64,000 nt of DNA. It comes from an uncultured Aliarcobacter sp. (GTDB taxonomy: Bacteria; Campylobacterota; Campylobacteria; Campylobacterales; Arcobacteraceae). Below the pieces are notes generated by a model that worked only from the letters and a program-made list of their open reading frames with translations, had not been told where the DNA came from and made no database searches. The stretch lies in the NCBI GenBank assembly GCA_963677435.1, contig OY781945.1, positions 2,880,001 through 2,944,000 on the forward strand. Direction: 5' to 3'. A program made the position numbers and the translations under genes. Below, one piece after another: positions 8,947 through 17,854 of this stretch (position 1 is its first letter; every line of letters starts with the position of its first letter).

Positions 8947-10141
8947 AGAAATTAATATTAACTGCTGCAACAACTGTTTGCATATCATCTAAGCTACTTT
9001 GATTAAAGTCACCTAATGAATATCTTAAACTAACTGTTGCGCTTTTATTTAGTTTATAAGCTAATCCTGCGTCATATTCTGTAATTTTTAAATCTTTATT
9101 AATTTTCATAAAAGTTGCATCTTTAATATTGTGTTGTCCTAAATTTCCTTCAAGTGTCAATTTATTTGAAACATCATATGCAAGATTTAAAGCTACTAAA
9201 GTAGTATCTCCATATTTTCCAACTCTATCAAGAGAAGCTGTTCCTAAATCATCATTTGTTAAATATGTAACTGGTAAGTTTTTACCTGCAACATAACCAT
9301 CTTTTGTTGTAAGTGCTGCAATTCCAACATTAAAATTATCTATTTGTTTAGCAACTTTTAAATAAGCACCAAACATTTTTTCATCACTTTTGCTAACAGA
9401 AGAGTTTGTTCTATCTCCAACTCTTTTTTCTATTTGTGTTTGTAAGTCTAAATCAGCAATTTTTCCCATTGCAAAAGCATTAAACATGTGACTTGTTGCA
9501 TCATTATAAATTTTAGAACCTGATGATGTTTCAGTATTATTTTGTAAATAAACATATCTTCCACCAACTAGCATCTTATCAAGAGTAACTTGTCCACCAA
9601 CTGAGTATGCATCAAAATCACCAACACCTGTTCCAGAAGATAATCCTAAGAATGTATTTTGGTCATTATTTTTACCCTCAACAGCTTTAAAATCAAAGGC
9701 ATATAATAAAACATCTTCAACTGGTTTATAACCAACAAGAGCTAAATCAATTTTATCTCCATTTGAACCATAAAAAGGCGTTCCATAAGTATCATTTACT
9801 CGTCCTGCTAATAAAAATTTATTTTCATCAAAAGGTACTAAAACATTTGCTTCATCCCAAGTAAAAGTGTCATTATCATTATCACCCCAAGCATTATTTT
9901 TCAATTCTATTCTTGAATGAATAACAATTCCCTCAAGTGTTTTGAAATCTAAATTAACTCTTATTTTTGAATCAAGTACTTGTTTATCTTTTTTTACAGT
10001 ATCAGTATCACCTTTTACAGATATTCCTCTTACTTCAGCATCACCATAAATTTTTAAATCTGACACTAATTCAACATTTCCAGCCATCGCAGAAGTAATA
10101 GCAATTGACGCAGCAAAACTCAATAAGCCTAATTTTTTCAT
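8945..10141 (-). CDS. Outer-membrane porin, Campylobacterota MOMP-like
   Basis: Signal peptide MKKLGLLSFAASIAITSAMA, amphipathic beta-strands, C-terminal Phe (NINF); start set to the ATG after AAGGA. Confidence 0.75.
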   Translation of the reverse strand: MKKLGLLSFAASIAITSAMAGNVELVSDLKIYGDAEVRGISVKGDTDTVKKDKQVLDSKIRVNLDFKTLEGIVIHSRIELKNNAWGDNDNDTFTWDEANVLVPFDENKFLLAGRVNDTYGTPFYGSNGDKIDLALVGYKPVEDVLLYAFDFKAVEGKNNDQNTFLGLSSGTGVGDFDAYSVGGQVTLDKMLVGGRYVYLQNNTETSSGSKIYNDATSHMFNAFAMGKIADLDLQTQIEKRVGDRTNSSVSKSDEKMFGAYLKVAKQIDNFNVGIAALTTKDGYVAGKNLPVTYLTNDDLGTASLDRVGKYGDTTLVALNLAYDVSNKLTLEGNLGQHNIKDATFMKINKDLKITEYDAGLAYKLNKSATVSLRYSLGDFNQSSLDDMQTVVAAVNINF

Positions 10142-10198
10142 TTCCAATCCTTAAATAATTTTTACAAGAATTTGACCAAAACAAATCCCGCATTCGTT

Positions 10199-10274
10199 AT
10201 TATACTTTATGCTTATAGCCTCACAATAGCCCTAAAATAGCCTATTTGTAGCCTTTATATAGCTTATTTATAGC
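10199..10274 (-). promoter_or_regulatory. Porin promoter with six GCTA boxes at an exact 11-bp period plus TATAAT
   Basis: Plus-strand TAGC at 10216, 10227, 10238, 10249, 10260, 10271; minus-strand TATAAT at 10199-10204. Confidence 0.75.
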
Positions 10275-10429
10275 ATAGTTAGAAAATTATTTTTTTATGT
10301 TCTTTTTAGAAGTTTTTAATGATTTTTTATTAAATTTGACTTTATTTTGAAAGGAATCATATATCTATAATTATAAGGGGAAAAATTGAATAGAATTAAA
10401 AAGTAAGATATTAGTTTGGAAGATATTAA

Positions 10430-10825
10430 TTAATATTTTCCAAACTCTTTATATGTTTTATCTTCAAAGATGACAAATACTTGTTTTACATCTTTATCAT
10501 TTTCATAAGCTGGAAGTGATAATCCAATTGCATTTTTTGGAGTGTTTTTTAAAAAATCTTTTATAGCAAGGCTTGGAACATTTCCTTCAAAAACATAATC
10601 ATTTAATATTGAAGTATTGCAAGATTGTATCTCTCTTGGAATTCCGATTTGTCTTTTTAAATCTTTCATATCAATTAATGAAACAATTTTCACCTCTTGA
10701 CCATCTTTTTTTATATCATCTAACCAAGATTGAGGGCAAGTACTTGTAACTGGTTTAAAAATCTGCATTTCATTTTGAGCATATAAACTCAAAGCGACTA
10801 ATGTTGAAAGTAAAATCTTTTTCAT
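10430..10825 (-). CDS. Exported DUF411/CopG-like protein with degenerate metal ligands
   Basis: Signal peptide; QSCNTSILNDYVFEGNVPS..I..FL...P..AIGLSLP parallels the DUF411 pattern SCHT..GYVIEGHVP...GLAVP. Confidence 0.65.
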   Translation of the reverse strand: MKKILLSTLVALSLYAQNEMQIFKPVTSTCPQSWLDDIKKDGQEVKIVSLIDMKDLKRQIGIPREIQSCNTSILNDYVFEGNVPSLAIKDFLKNTPKNAIGLSLPAYENDKDVKQVFVIFEDKTYKEFGKY

Positions 10826-11520
10826 AAAAATCCTTCTAAAATATGTGGGTGAGTTTCTAATAATTCATTTTTTAATTCATCTATTTTTTTTGGATTATAT
10901 TCTTGATTATTGCTATTTTTATATTCAAATATCACAGTAGCTGGATTTTTACTAAAAAATATAATTCTATTTGAAAGATAAATTGCTTCAGTTAAATCGT
11001 GAGTTACCAAAATTATAGTTGTATTAAATCTTTTACATAACTCTAAAAAATCTTTTTTAAGTGCAGTTGCCGTTGGATAATCCAAAGAGATAAAAGGTTC
11101 ATCCAAAAATATTAGTTTTGGTTTATTTATAAAAGCTCTCACAAATGAAACTCTTCTTGCCATTCCACCTGATAAATCTTTTGGATATAAGTCTAAGATG
11201 TTCTCTAAATTTACCAATTTTAAAAGTTCATTTATCTCTTGTATATTTTTATCTTTTGATACTATTAAAAGATTTTCTTTTATTGTAAGCCATGGAATTA
11301 ATCTAGCATCTTGAAATACAAAACCAATATTTGAAGAGTTGATGTTTACATTTCCTTTGAAGTCTTTATCTAAAGATGAAACGATATTTAAAAAAGTAGT
11401 TTTCCCACAACCAGATGGTCCAATGATTGATAAAAATTCTGCTTCTTTTAATGAAATATCTATATTTTCTAATATTTTTATTCCTTTAAAACTTTTCTCT
11501 TTGATATTTATTTTTATCAT
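10822..11520 (-). CDS. NitT/TauT-family ABC ATP-binding protein
   Basis: GPSGCGKT, FVFQDARLIPW, LSGGMARR, FLDEPFISLD. Confidence 0.9.
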   Translation of the reverse strand: MIKINIKEKSFKGIKILENIDISLKEAEFLSIIGPSGCGKTTFLNIVSSLDKDFKGNVNINSSNIGFVFQDARLIPWLTIKENLLIVSKDKNIQEINELLKLVNLENILDLYPKDLSGGMARRVSFVRAFINKPKLIFLDEPFISLDYPTATALKKDFLELCKRFNTTIILVTHDLTEAIYLSNRIIFFSKNPATVIFEYKNSNNQEYNPKKIDELKNELLETHPHILEGFL

Positions 11521-11521
11521 T

Positions 11522-12256
11522 TTATCTCCATCTTTTTGCTCTAATTTCAAGAGGATTTAATATAAGTTTTTCAATTAAAATCACAATAAATATAAAAGCA
11601 AATGAATAAGCAAAAATAGAAGTAATATCAAAATTTTGGAAAAACATTGCCATTTGAAAACCTATTCCATCGCTTCTTCCTAAAAGCTCAACCACTAAAA
11701 CTATTTTCCAAATCAAAGATATAGTCAATCTTGTAGTTGCCATAATATATGGATAAATTTGTGGAAAATATATTTTTGTGATTAAATCCCTTTTTGGAAT
11801 TTCATAAACTTGAGCCAACTGTGAATATTTCTTATCCATAGCTTTTACGCCCTCTCTAATATTTACTATTATTATTGGAACTTTATTTATTACAACTGCT
11901 AATATTGCAGAAAAATCTGTTAATCCAAACCAAATATAACAAATAATAATTGATACAAGAGCTGGAATATTTAATCCAATAATCAAAAAAATATCAAAAA
12001 AAGAGTCGAATCTGGGAAATAATCCCATGATAATTCCAAAAAATATTCCAATAATCATTGAAAATACAAAAGCTATAAAAACTCTTTGAAGTGTTATTCC
12101 TGCGTTTAAAATCAAATCTTTATTTACTAAGTGATCAAATAAACTTCCTAAAATATCTATTACAGATGGGAAAACATCTGTATTTGCTATTATTGCTATT
12201 GATTGCCATAAGATTACTAGCAAGCATATTGATAAAAGTTTATTTGAATTATTCAT
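11522..12256 (-). CDS. NitT/TauT-family ABC permease
   Basis: Hydrophobic helices; WKIVLVVELLGRSDGIG. Confidence 0.88.
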   Translation of the reverse strand: MNNSNKLLSICLLVILWQSIAIIANTDVFPSVIDILGSLFDHLVNKDLILNAGITLQRVFIAFVFSMIIGIFFGIIMGLFPRFDSFFDIFLIIGLNIPALVSIIICYIWFGLTDFSAILAVVINKVPIIIVNIREGVKAMDKKYSQLAQVYEIPKRDLITKIYFPQIYPYIMATTRLTISLIWKIVLVVELLGRSDGIGFQMAMFFQNFDITSIFAYSFAFIFIVILIEKLILNPLEIRAKRWR

Positions 12257-12268
12257 ATATTTTTAATC

Positions 12269-13228
12269 CTACTTTGAGTCAAATTTCCAAAATATGTCGT
12301 TATTTAAAGAAGTACTTTTACCTAAATCCTCGCCTGCATCTTTTGAAAGAATTTTATATACTTTTTGTAAATCAGCAATATTTGATTCATCAAAGTTTTC
12401 TATGATTCCTTTTTTATATCCATTTTTTAAAGCTTCAAACTCACTATTTGATTTTACATTCATTAATGGTTTAATTCTTTCCCACTCTTTTGAACTATTT
12501 TTTAATATATTTTTACTCTCTTGAGAAGCTTTTAAAAATGAGTTTATTAAATCTTTATTATTTGTTGCAAACTCTTTATTAAATACCCATCCAACAAAAG
12601 AGACATCTTGTTTTAATCCTAATTGTTTAAAAACATCTTCTATTTCAACTAAAGGTTTTATATTATTTTCTTCAAGTTTTGCATTAAATTGCCAAAAATT
12701 AATAGTTGCATTTAAAGAGTTGTCTTGCATTTTTTTATATAAAATTGGAGCACTAGCATACACAGGAGTTACAATATCTTTTAAATCAATATTATATTTA
12801 TCTCTACTATATGCTCTTAATAATAACCAAGTTTTATCATAAACTCCACCTGCAATTCCTAACTCTTTTCCTTTTAAATCAAGCAAATTTTTGATATTTG
12901 AATCTTCATTTACCACTAAAGTTCCAGTAGCTTTTGAATATGGATAAAAATTAAAATCATTGCCATTTGCTTTTTGTGTATTTACCCAAACCCAATCATT
13001 TACAATAATATCTACACTTTTACCTTGAAGTGCCACTAGTTGGGCATTTTTTGAAGCTAAATTTACAATTTCTAAATTAAAACCATACTTTTCATCAAGC
13101 TTATTAGACTTTAAAACATCTAATTCCCAATTCACTGTTCCAAAGGCTAAAACACCAATTTTTAAACTAGTTTGTGCAAATAAGCTTGTGATTGTTAGAA
13201 ATACGATTGTTAGAAATTTATATATCAT
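12269..13228 (-). CDS. NitT/TauT (SsuA-like) ABC substrate-binding protein, possibly PqqT-like
   Basis: Signal peptide from MIYKF; IGVLAFGTVNWEL, DIIVNDWVWV, GGVYDKTWLLL; first gene of the operon. Confidence 0.75.
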   Translation of the reverse strand: MIYKFLTIVFLTITSLFAQTSLKIGVLAFGTVNWELDVLKSNKLDEKYGFNLEIVNLASKNAQLVALQGKSVDIIVNDWVWVNTQKANGNDFNFYPYSKATGTLVVNEDSNIKNLLDLKGKELGIAGGVYDKTWLLLRAYSRDKYNIDLKDIVTPVYASAPILYKKMQDNSLNATINFWQFNAKLEENNIKPLVEIEDVFKQLGLKQDVSFVGWVFNKEFATNNKDLINSFLKASQESKNILKNSSKEWERIKPLMNVKSNSEFEALKNGYKKGIIENFDESNIADLQKVYKILSKDAGEDLGKSTSLNNDIFWKFDSK

Positions 13229-13256
13229 TTTTAGTTCCTTATTATTTTGTAAAGCA

Positions 13257-13341
13257 ATTGTATACAAATTTAATAGCCCCAATATAGCCTTTTTTAAATA
13301 TTTTTACTTGCTATAATCAGGCTATAAAAATTGTTTATAAT
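13257..13341. promoter_or_regulatory. Divergent promoters of the SBP operon and pedF operon, each with tandem GCTA boxes
   Basis: Minus: GCTA TATTGGG GCTA TTAAATTTGTA TACAAT; plus: GCTA TAATCAG GCTA TAAAAATTGTT TATAAT. Confidence 0.75.
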
Positions 13342-13372
13342 TTCAATAACAAAAAAATTAAAAGGAATTCTT

Positions 13373-13786
13373 ATGAATAAAATTCAAAAATTAGGCTTAG
13401 CTGTATTATGTAGTACAGTATTTGCATTTGGACATGGAAGTGTAACTCCACAAGCTGTTGATACAAAAGGTTTAGCACCACTTGGAGCTGACTGGTTAGA
13501 TAAAAATCCATATGTTGGAAATGAAACTGCAAGAGAAATTGGTGAACATGGATATAGTGAAAACTGTGCTAGATGTCATGGACTTGAAGCTGTTTCAGGT
13601 GGAATTGCACCAGATTTAAGATATTTAGATCCAGGTATAGATGGAGATGAGTGGTTCATGGAAAGAATTAGAGGTGGAGCTGTTAGAAATGGAAATGTTT
13701 ATATGCCACCATTTGAAGGTGTATTAAGTCAAGAAGCGATGTGGTCAATTAGAACATATATACTTTCTTTACACCAAGAAAACTAA
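13373..13786 (+). CDS. pedF: Cytochrome c550 PedF/ExaB, electron acceptor of the PQQ-ADH
   Basis: HGSVTPQAVDTKGL, heme motif CARCHGLEAVSGGIAPDLR, VYMPPF; start at the ATG after AAGGA. Confidence 0.9.
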   Translation: MNKIQKLGLAVLCSTVFAFGHGSVTPQAVDTKGLAPLGADWLDKNPYVGNETAREIGEHGYSENCARCHGLEAVSGGIAPDLRYLDPGIDGDEWFMERIRGGAVRNGNVYMPPFEGVLSQEAMWSIRTYILSLHQEN

Positions 13787-13795
13787 AGTATTCTT

Positions 13796-14665
13796 ATGAA
13801 AATGTTTCTTAAATTATCACTAATGACTCTGTTTCTTGCAATAAGTTTATTTGCAAGAAATATTGATGATATCAAAAAAAGTGGTGAAATTATTATTGCT
13901 GTTTATGAAGATTTTCCTCCTTACTCATTTATGGAAGATGGTGTTGCAAAGGGAATTGATGTCGAACTTGGAAAGATGATTGCAAAATCATTAAATGTGA
14001 AACCAGTTTGGTCATTCACAGGTTTCGATGAGAATTTAGCAAGTGATTTAAGAAACAATATCTGGAGAGGAAATGTAGTTCATAAAAATAAGGCTGATGT
14101 AATGCTTAGAGTTCCTTATGATTACGATTATTTAAGAATTACAGATAAATCAACAGGACAACTAGAGACTGATATGGTTTCTATAAAAGGTCCATACCAA
14201 AGCGAAAAATGGATAATAGCTACAAATAAAGCTGTTATTCCACAAATAAACACTTTGGGGATTTTTGCATATCAAACTATAGGTGTTGAAGTTGATCTTC
14301 TTCCAGATTTATATTTAAGTGGTTTTGCAAGAGGTTTATTAAGCAAAAATATCAAACATTATAATAAATTTAGTGATGCTATAAATGACTTAAAAAGTGG
14401 GAAAATTGATGCCGTTGCTGGTTTAAAATCACAAATTGAATATCTTTTAGATTATAATAATAATAGTGATAAATATTATCTAAGTGAAAATATCCCTCAA
14501 ATGAAATCTCAATGGGATTTAGCAACAGCCGTTTCAAGTAATTTTAGAGATTTAAGTTATCATATTGATGGGCTTATGGACAAAGCCTATAAAGACGGAG
14601 AAATTAAAAAAATCTTTGATGATTTTGGAGTTACATATATACCTCCTATTTCAAAAACCCAATAA
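13796..14665 (+). CDS. Quinoprotein-associated periplasmic binding-protein-like protein (MxaJ/XoxJ/PedG-like)
   Basis: Family-3 SBP pattern AVYEDFPPYSF..GIDVELG; DLRNNIWRG, ADVMLRVPYD; directly follows pedF. Confidence 0.75.
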   Translation: MKMFLKLSLMTLFLAISLFARNIDDIKKSGEIIIAVYEDFPPYSFMEDGVAKGIDVELGKMIAKSLNVKPVWSFTGFDENLASDLRNNIWRGNVVHKNKADVMLRVPYDYDYLRITDKSTGQLETDMVSIKGPYQSEKWIIATNKAVIPQINTLGIFAYQTIGVEVDLLPDLYLSGFARGLLSKNIKHYNKFSDAINDLKSGKIDAVAGLKSQIEYLLDYNNNSDKYYLSENIPQMKSQWDLATAVSSNFRDLSYHIDGLMDKAYKDGEIKKIFDDFGVTYIPPISKTQ

Positions 14666-14674
14666 GGATGAATC

Positions 14675-15415
14675 ATGAAATATATATTTTTTTTATTAGT
14701 TCAGTTTTTACTAATACAAAATTCTTATGCAAATAACCCTGTAGAATCTCCTACTTTTGATGATATATTAAAAGATATTATTCAAAATGAAAAATATATA
14801 TTTGATGATAAAAATATAAAAATCAAAGTTCCTCTATTTGCAGATAATCCAATTCAAGTGCCTGTTTTTGTAGATGCAAAATCTATAAAAAATGCAAAAA
14901 GATTAATAGTTTTTGCTGATTTAAATCCAATTCCAAGAATTATTGATATGGACTTACAAAATCTTTTACCTATAATTTCTTTAAATATAAAAGTTGCCCA
15001 AGAGACTCCAATTCGAGCTTTAGTTTTAGATGAAAATAATCTTTGGCACATAGGAAGTAATAATATCAAAAGTTTTGGTGGTGGATGTTCAGTTGCAAGT
15101 GTAAGTTCTTCAAATACTGATTTTGAAAAACTTCTTGGAAAAGCAAAAGGAAATGTTTTCCAAACAGGAGATATTTATAGATTAAAAGCCTCAATTTTTC
15201 ACCCAATGGAAACAGGTTTGATTTTTGGTAATAGTGAGTTTTATATTAATAAAATCACTATCAAAGCAAATGATAAAGTATTAGCAAATATCTTAGCCTA
15301 CTCAGCAATTAGTGAAAATCCAAGATTTATCTTTGAGACAAAAGTCAAATCAAATGATTATAAAATTGAATTTTCAGATATTGATGGGAATCACTTTAGT
15401 ACGGAGATAAAATGA
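14675..15415 (+). CDS. Quinoprotein dehydrogenase-associated fused SoxYZ-like carrier
   Basis: SoxY-like half (P.FADNPIQVPV, DLNPIP, IKVAQETPIRA, GGGC) fused to a SoxZ-like half (HPMETGL, ISENP). Confidence 0.8.
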   Translation: MKYIFFLLVQFLLIQNSYANNPVESPTFDDILKDIIQNEKYIFDDKNIKIKVPLFADNPIQVPVFVDAKSIKNAKRLIVFADLNPIPRIIDMDLQNLLPIISLNIKVAQETPIRALVLDENNLWHIGSNNIKSFGGGCSVASVSSSNTDFEKLLGKAKGNVFQTGDIYRLKASIFHPMETGLIFGNSEFYINKITIKANDKVLANILAYSAISENPRFIFETKVKSNDYKIEFSDIDGNHFSTEIK

Positions 15416-16320
15416 AATATCTTATATTAGTTTTATTTTGTTTGACTTTGAGTTTTTCAGCTGATTTTGATTATAAGTTAAAACCAATAAAATTATCTGA
15501 AAATAGCTACTATTTTTATGGAAAAGAGGAGTACTTTTCCAAAGAAAATGGTGGAGATATTGCAAATGCTTCTTTTATTATCACAAAAAATAGTGTTATT
15601 TTAATAGATACTGGAAGTTCAAGATTGTATGGGGAACAAGTAAAAAAACAAATTGAAAAAATTACTAATAAACCAATAAAATATATTTTAAATACTCATC
15701 ATCATCCTGATCATTTCTTAGGAAATATTGCATTTAGTTCAAGTGATATTTTTGCAACTGAATACACTAAAAATGAGATAGAAACTAATGGAGATTTATA
15801 TATATTAAATTTAGTTAATTTAGTACATGATGCTATGAATGGCACAAAAATAAAAGCTCCAAATGAAATACTCACAGCAAAAACACTTGATTTTGATGGT
15901 TATAAATTAAAAGTATTATATTTAGATGGGCACACCCAAAGTGATATTGCAGTTTATGATGAAAATACAAAAATTCTTTATGCTTCTGATTTAGTTTTTA
16001 ATAAAAGAACACCAACAACTCCCCATGCAAATATACAAAACTGGATAAAATCATTAAATGAATTAGAAAAAATTGATTATTCAATTTTAGTTCCAGGACA
16101 TGGACTTGCATCAAATACAAAAGAACCAATAAAAGAGACAATTTCATATTTAGAATTTTTGCAAAATACTTTGTCAAATAGTGCAAAACAAGGATTAGAT
16201 ATTTTTGAAATATTAAATAAACCAATCCCTGCTGAGTTTAAAGATTTTACTATGTTTAAAGAAGAGTTTGAAAGAACTGTTATTAATCTTTATCCATCTT
16301 ATGAGAAAGATTTGAAATAA
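15412..16320 (+). CDS. Quinoprotein relay system zinc metallohydrolase (SoxH-related MBL fold)
   Basis: NGGDIAN, LIDTGSS, THHHPDHFLGN, GHT, VPGHG; signal peptide. Confidence 0.8.
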   Translation: MKYLILVLFCLTLSFSADFDYKLKPIKLSENSYYFYGKEEYFSKENGGDIANASFIITKNSVILIDTGSSRLYGEQVKKQIEKITNKPIKYILNTHHHPDHFLGNIAFSSSDIFATEYTKNEIETNGDLYILNLVNLVHDAMNGTKIKAPNEILTAKTLDFDGYKLKVLYLDGHTQSDIAVYDENTKILYASDLVFNKRTPTTPHANIQNWIKSLNELEKIDYSILVPGHGLASNTKEPIKETISYLEFLQNTLSNSAKQGLDIFEILNKPIPAEFKDFTMFKEEFERTVINLYPSYEKDLK

Positions 16321-17760
16321 CTATTTTTTCAAATCTTCCATAAATTTAAGAAGTAACCTAACAGCAACTCCCGTTGCTCCATAAGAGTGATAAGCCCAAA
16401 CTTCTTTTCTATATGATGGACCTGCTATATCAAAATGAAGCCATTTTTTCTTATTTTTATTTTTTACAAATTTACTTAAAAATATACTTGCCGTAATTGC
16501 TGCTCCATTTTTGTTGGCACTTGTATTTACAAAATCTGCAATTTGACTTTCCAGAAGCTTTTCTAAATAGTCATTAAAAGGTAAAAATCCTACTAATTCA
16601 CCTGATTTTTGAGAAGCTTTTAAAATCTTCTTTTTTAGTTTTTCACTATATCCCATAACAGCGGTTGTATATCCACCAAACGCTCCAATACTAGCTCCCG
16701 TTAATGTTGCTAAATCAAAAAGATAATCAAACTCTTCTATATTTTCTTGGGCATAATGTAAACAATCAGCTAAAACCAATCGCCCCTCAGCATCTGTATT
16801 TGTAACTTCAATTGTTTTTCCATTTGAAGCTTTTAAAACATCACCAGGTTTATAAGCATCTCCACCAATCATATTTTCAACAGCACCAATGATTCCATGA
16901 ACTTCAAAAGGCAAATTAAGTGTGCTAAGAGCTTCCATAACGCCTAAAATAGTTGCGCCTCCAGCTTTGTCACATTTCATCGAAACCATTCCACCTTCTC
17001 GCTTTAAACTCAGTCCACCCGTGTCATAAGTTACACCTTTTCCAACTAATACAATTTTTGCTATTGGATTTTTAGGTTTATAAGTTAAATGTATCAACTT
17101 ACTCTCATGAGGAGAAGCAATTCCAACACTTAACATGGCATTCATACTCTTTTGTTTTAAATAATCTTCACCAAAAATCTTACACTCAATATTTTTATTA
17201 TTTTGAGCGATTTTTAAAGCATCATCTGCCATTATTTGTGGATAATAATCCTCTGGTGAACTGTTTACAATATCTCTTGTATAATTCACACTATTGCAAA
17301 TAATTAACGCTTTTTTTAGATTCTCTTCTAATTCTTCTTTTGTTTTAGAAGATGAATTCGTGTTGATTTCTATATCTTTTATTTTTTCTTCATTAGTTGT
17401 TGATTTGTATTTTAAAAATTCATAATTTCCTAAAACTAAACCCTCAACAATTGTTTGAATTTCTAACTCTTTTTTACTTTGAGTAATATCTATTTTTATG
17501 TTTTGGATTTTAGTTTTTTTCAAAAAGTTAATTGCTGTACAAATTGCAGTTTTTATATTTTCATCTTTTAGTTTTAAACAAGAGACATATAATTTGCTAT
17601 TTTTTATATCAAAATGTGTGTTGAAAGATTTTTTATTAAAATTAATATTTTTTAGCAATTCTTGCTCTTTTTGAGCCAAATCTTTTATTTTATTTAAGAT
17701 AATTATCTCAACAGCTTGAGTTTTTTTATTGATGTTTTTTTTATTTAGAGTTATGTTCAT
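16321..17760 (-). CDS. pepA: Leucyl aminopeptidase (M17)
   Basis: VGKGVTYDTGG, MKCDKAG, NTDAEGRLVLAD, DLATLTG. Confidence 0.93.
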   Translation of the reverse strand: MNITLNKKNINKKTQAVEIIILNKIKDLAQKEQELLKNINFNKKSFNTHFDIKNSKLYVSCLKLKDENIKTAICTAINFLKKTKIQNIKIDITQSKKELEIQTIVEGLVLGNYEFLKYKSTTNEEKIKDIEINTNSSSKTKEELEENLKKALIICNSVNYTRDIVNSSPEDYYPQIMADDALKIAQNNKNIECKIFGEDYLKQKSMNAMLSVGIASPHESKLIHLTYKPKNPIAKIVLVGKGVTYDTGGLSLKREGGMVSMKCDKAGGATILGVMEALSTLNLPFEVHGIIGAVENMIGGDAYKPGDVLKASNGKTIEVTNTDAEGRLVLADCLHYAQENIEEFDYLFDLATLTGASIGAFGGYTTAVMGYSEKLKKKILKASQKSGELVGFLPFNDYLEKLLESQIADFVNTSANKNGAAITASIFLSKFVKNKNKKKWLHFDIAGPSYRKEVWAYHSYGATGVAVRLLLKFMEDLKK

Positions 17761-17816
17761 TAGATTTTCCTTTGAACATATATTATATAGTTTTAATATA
17801 AATATTTATTCAAAGG

Positions 17817-17845
17817 AAGGACAAATAATCAAATTATTTGCCCTT
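17817..17845 (-). terminator. Probable terminator downstream of fbaA
   Basis: aaggacaaataat-caa-attatttgccctt imperfect hairpin. Confidence 0.45.
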
Positions 17846-17854
17846 TTGTTTTAA

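Noticed and set aside
10213..10274. Periodic repeats as a possible CRISPR array or VNTR
   Set aside because: Only a 4-5 bp core recurs every 11 bp, there are no spacer-length units and no cas genes; a phased operator fits better.
14675..16320. Sox sulfur-oxidation pathway
   Set aside because: Fused YZ with an internal GGGC rather than a C-terminal GGCGG, no soxAXBCD, and quinoprotein context.
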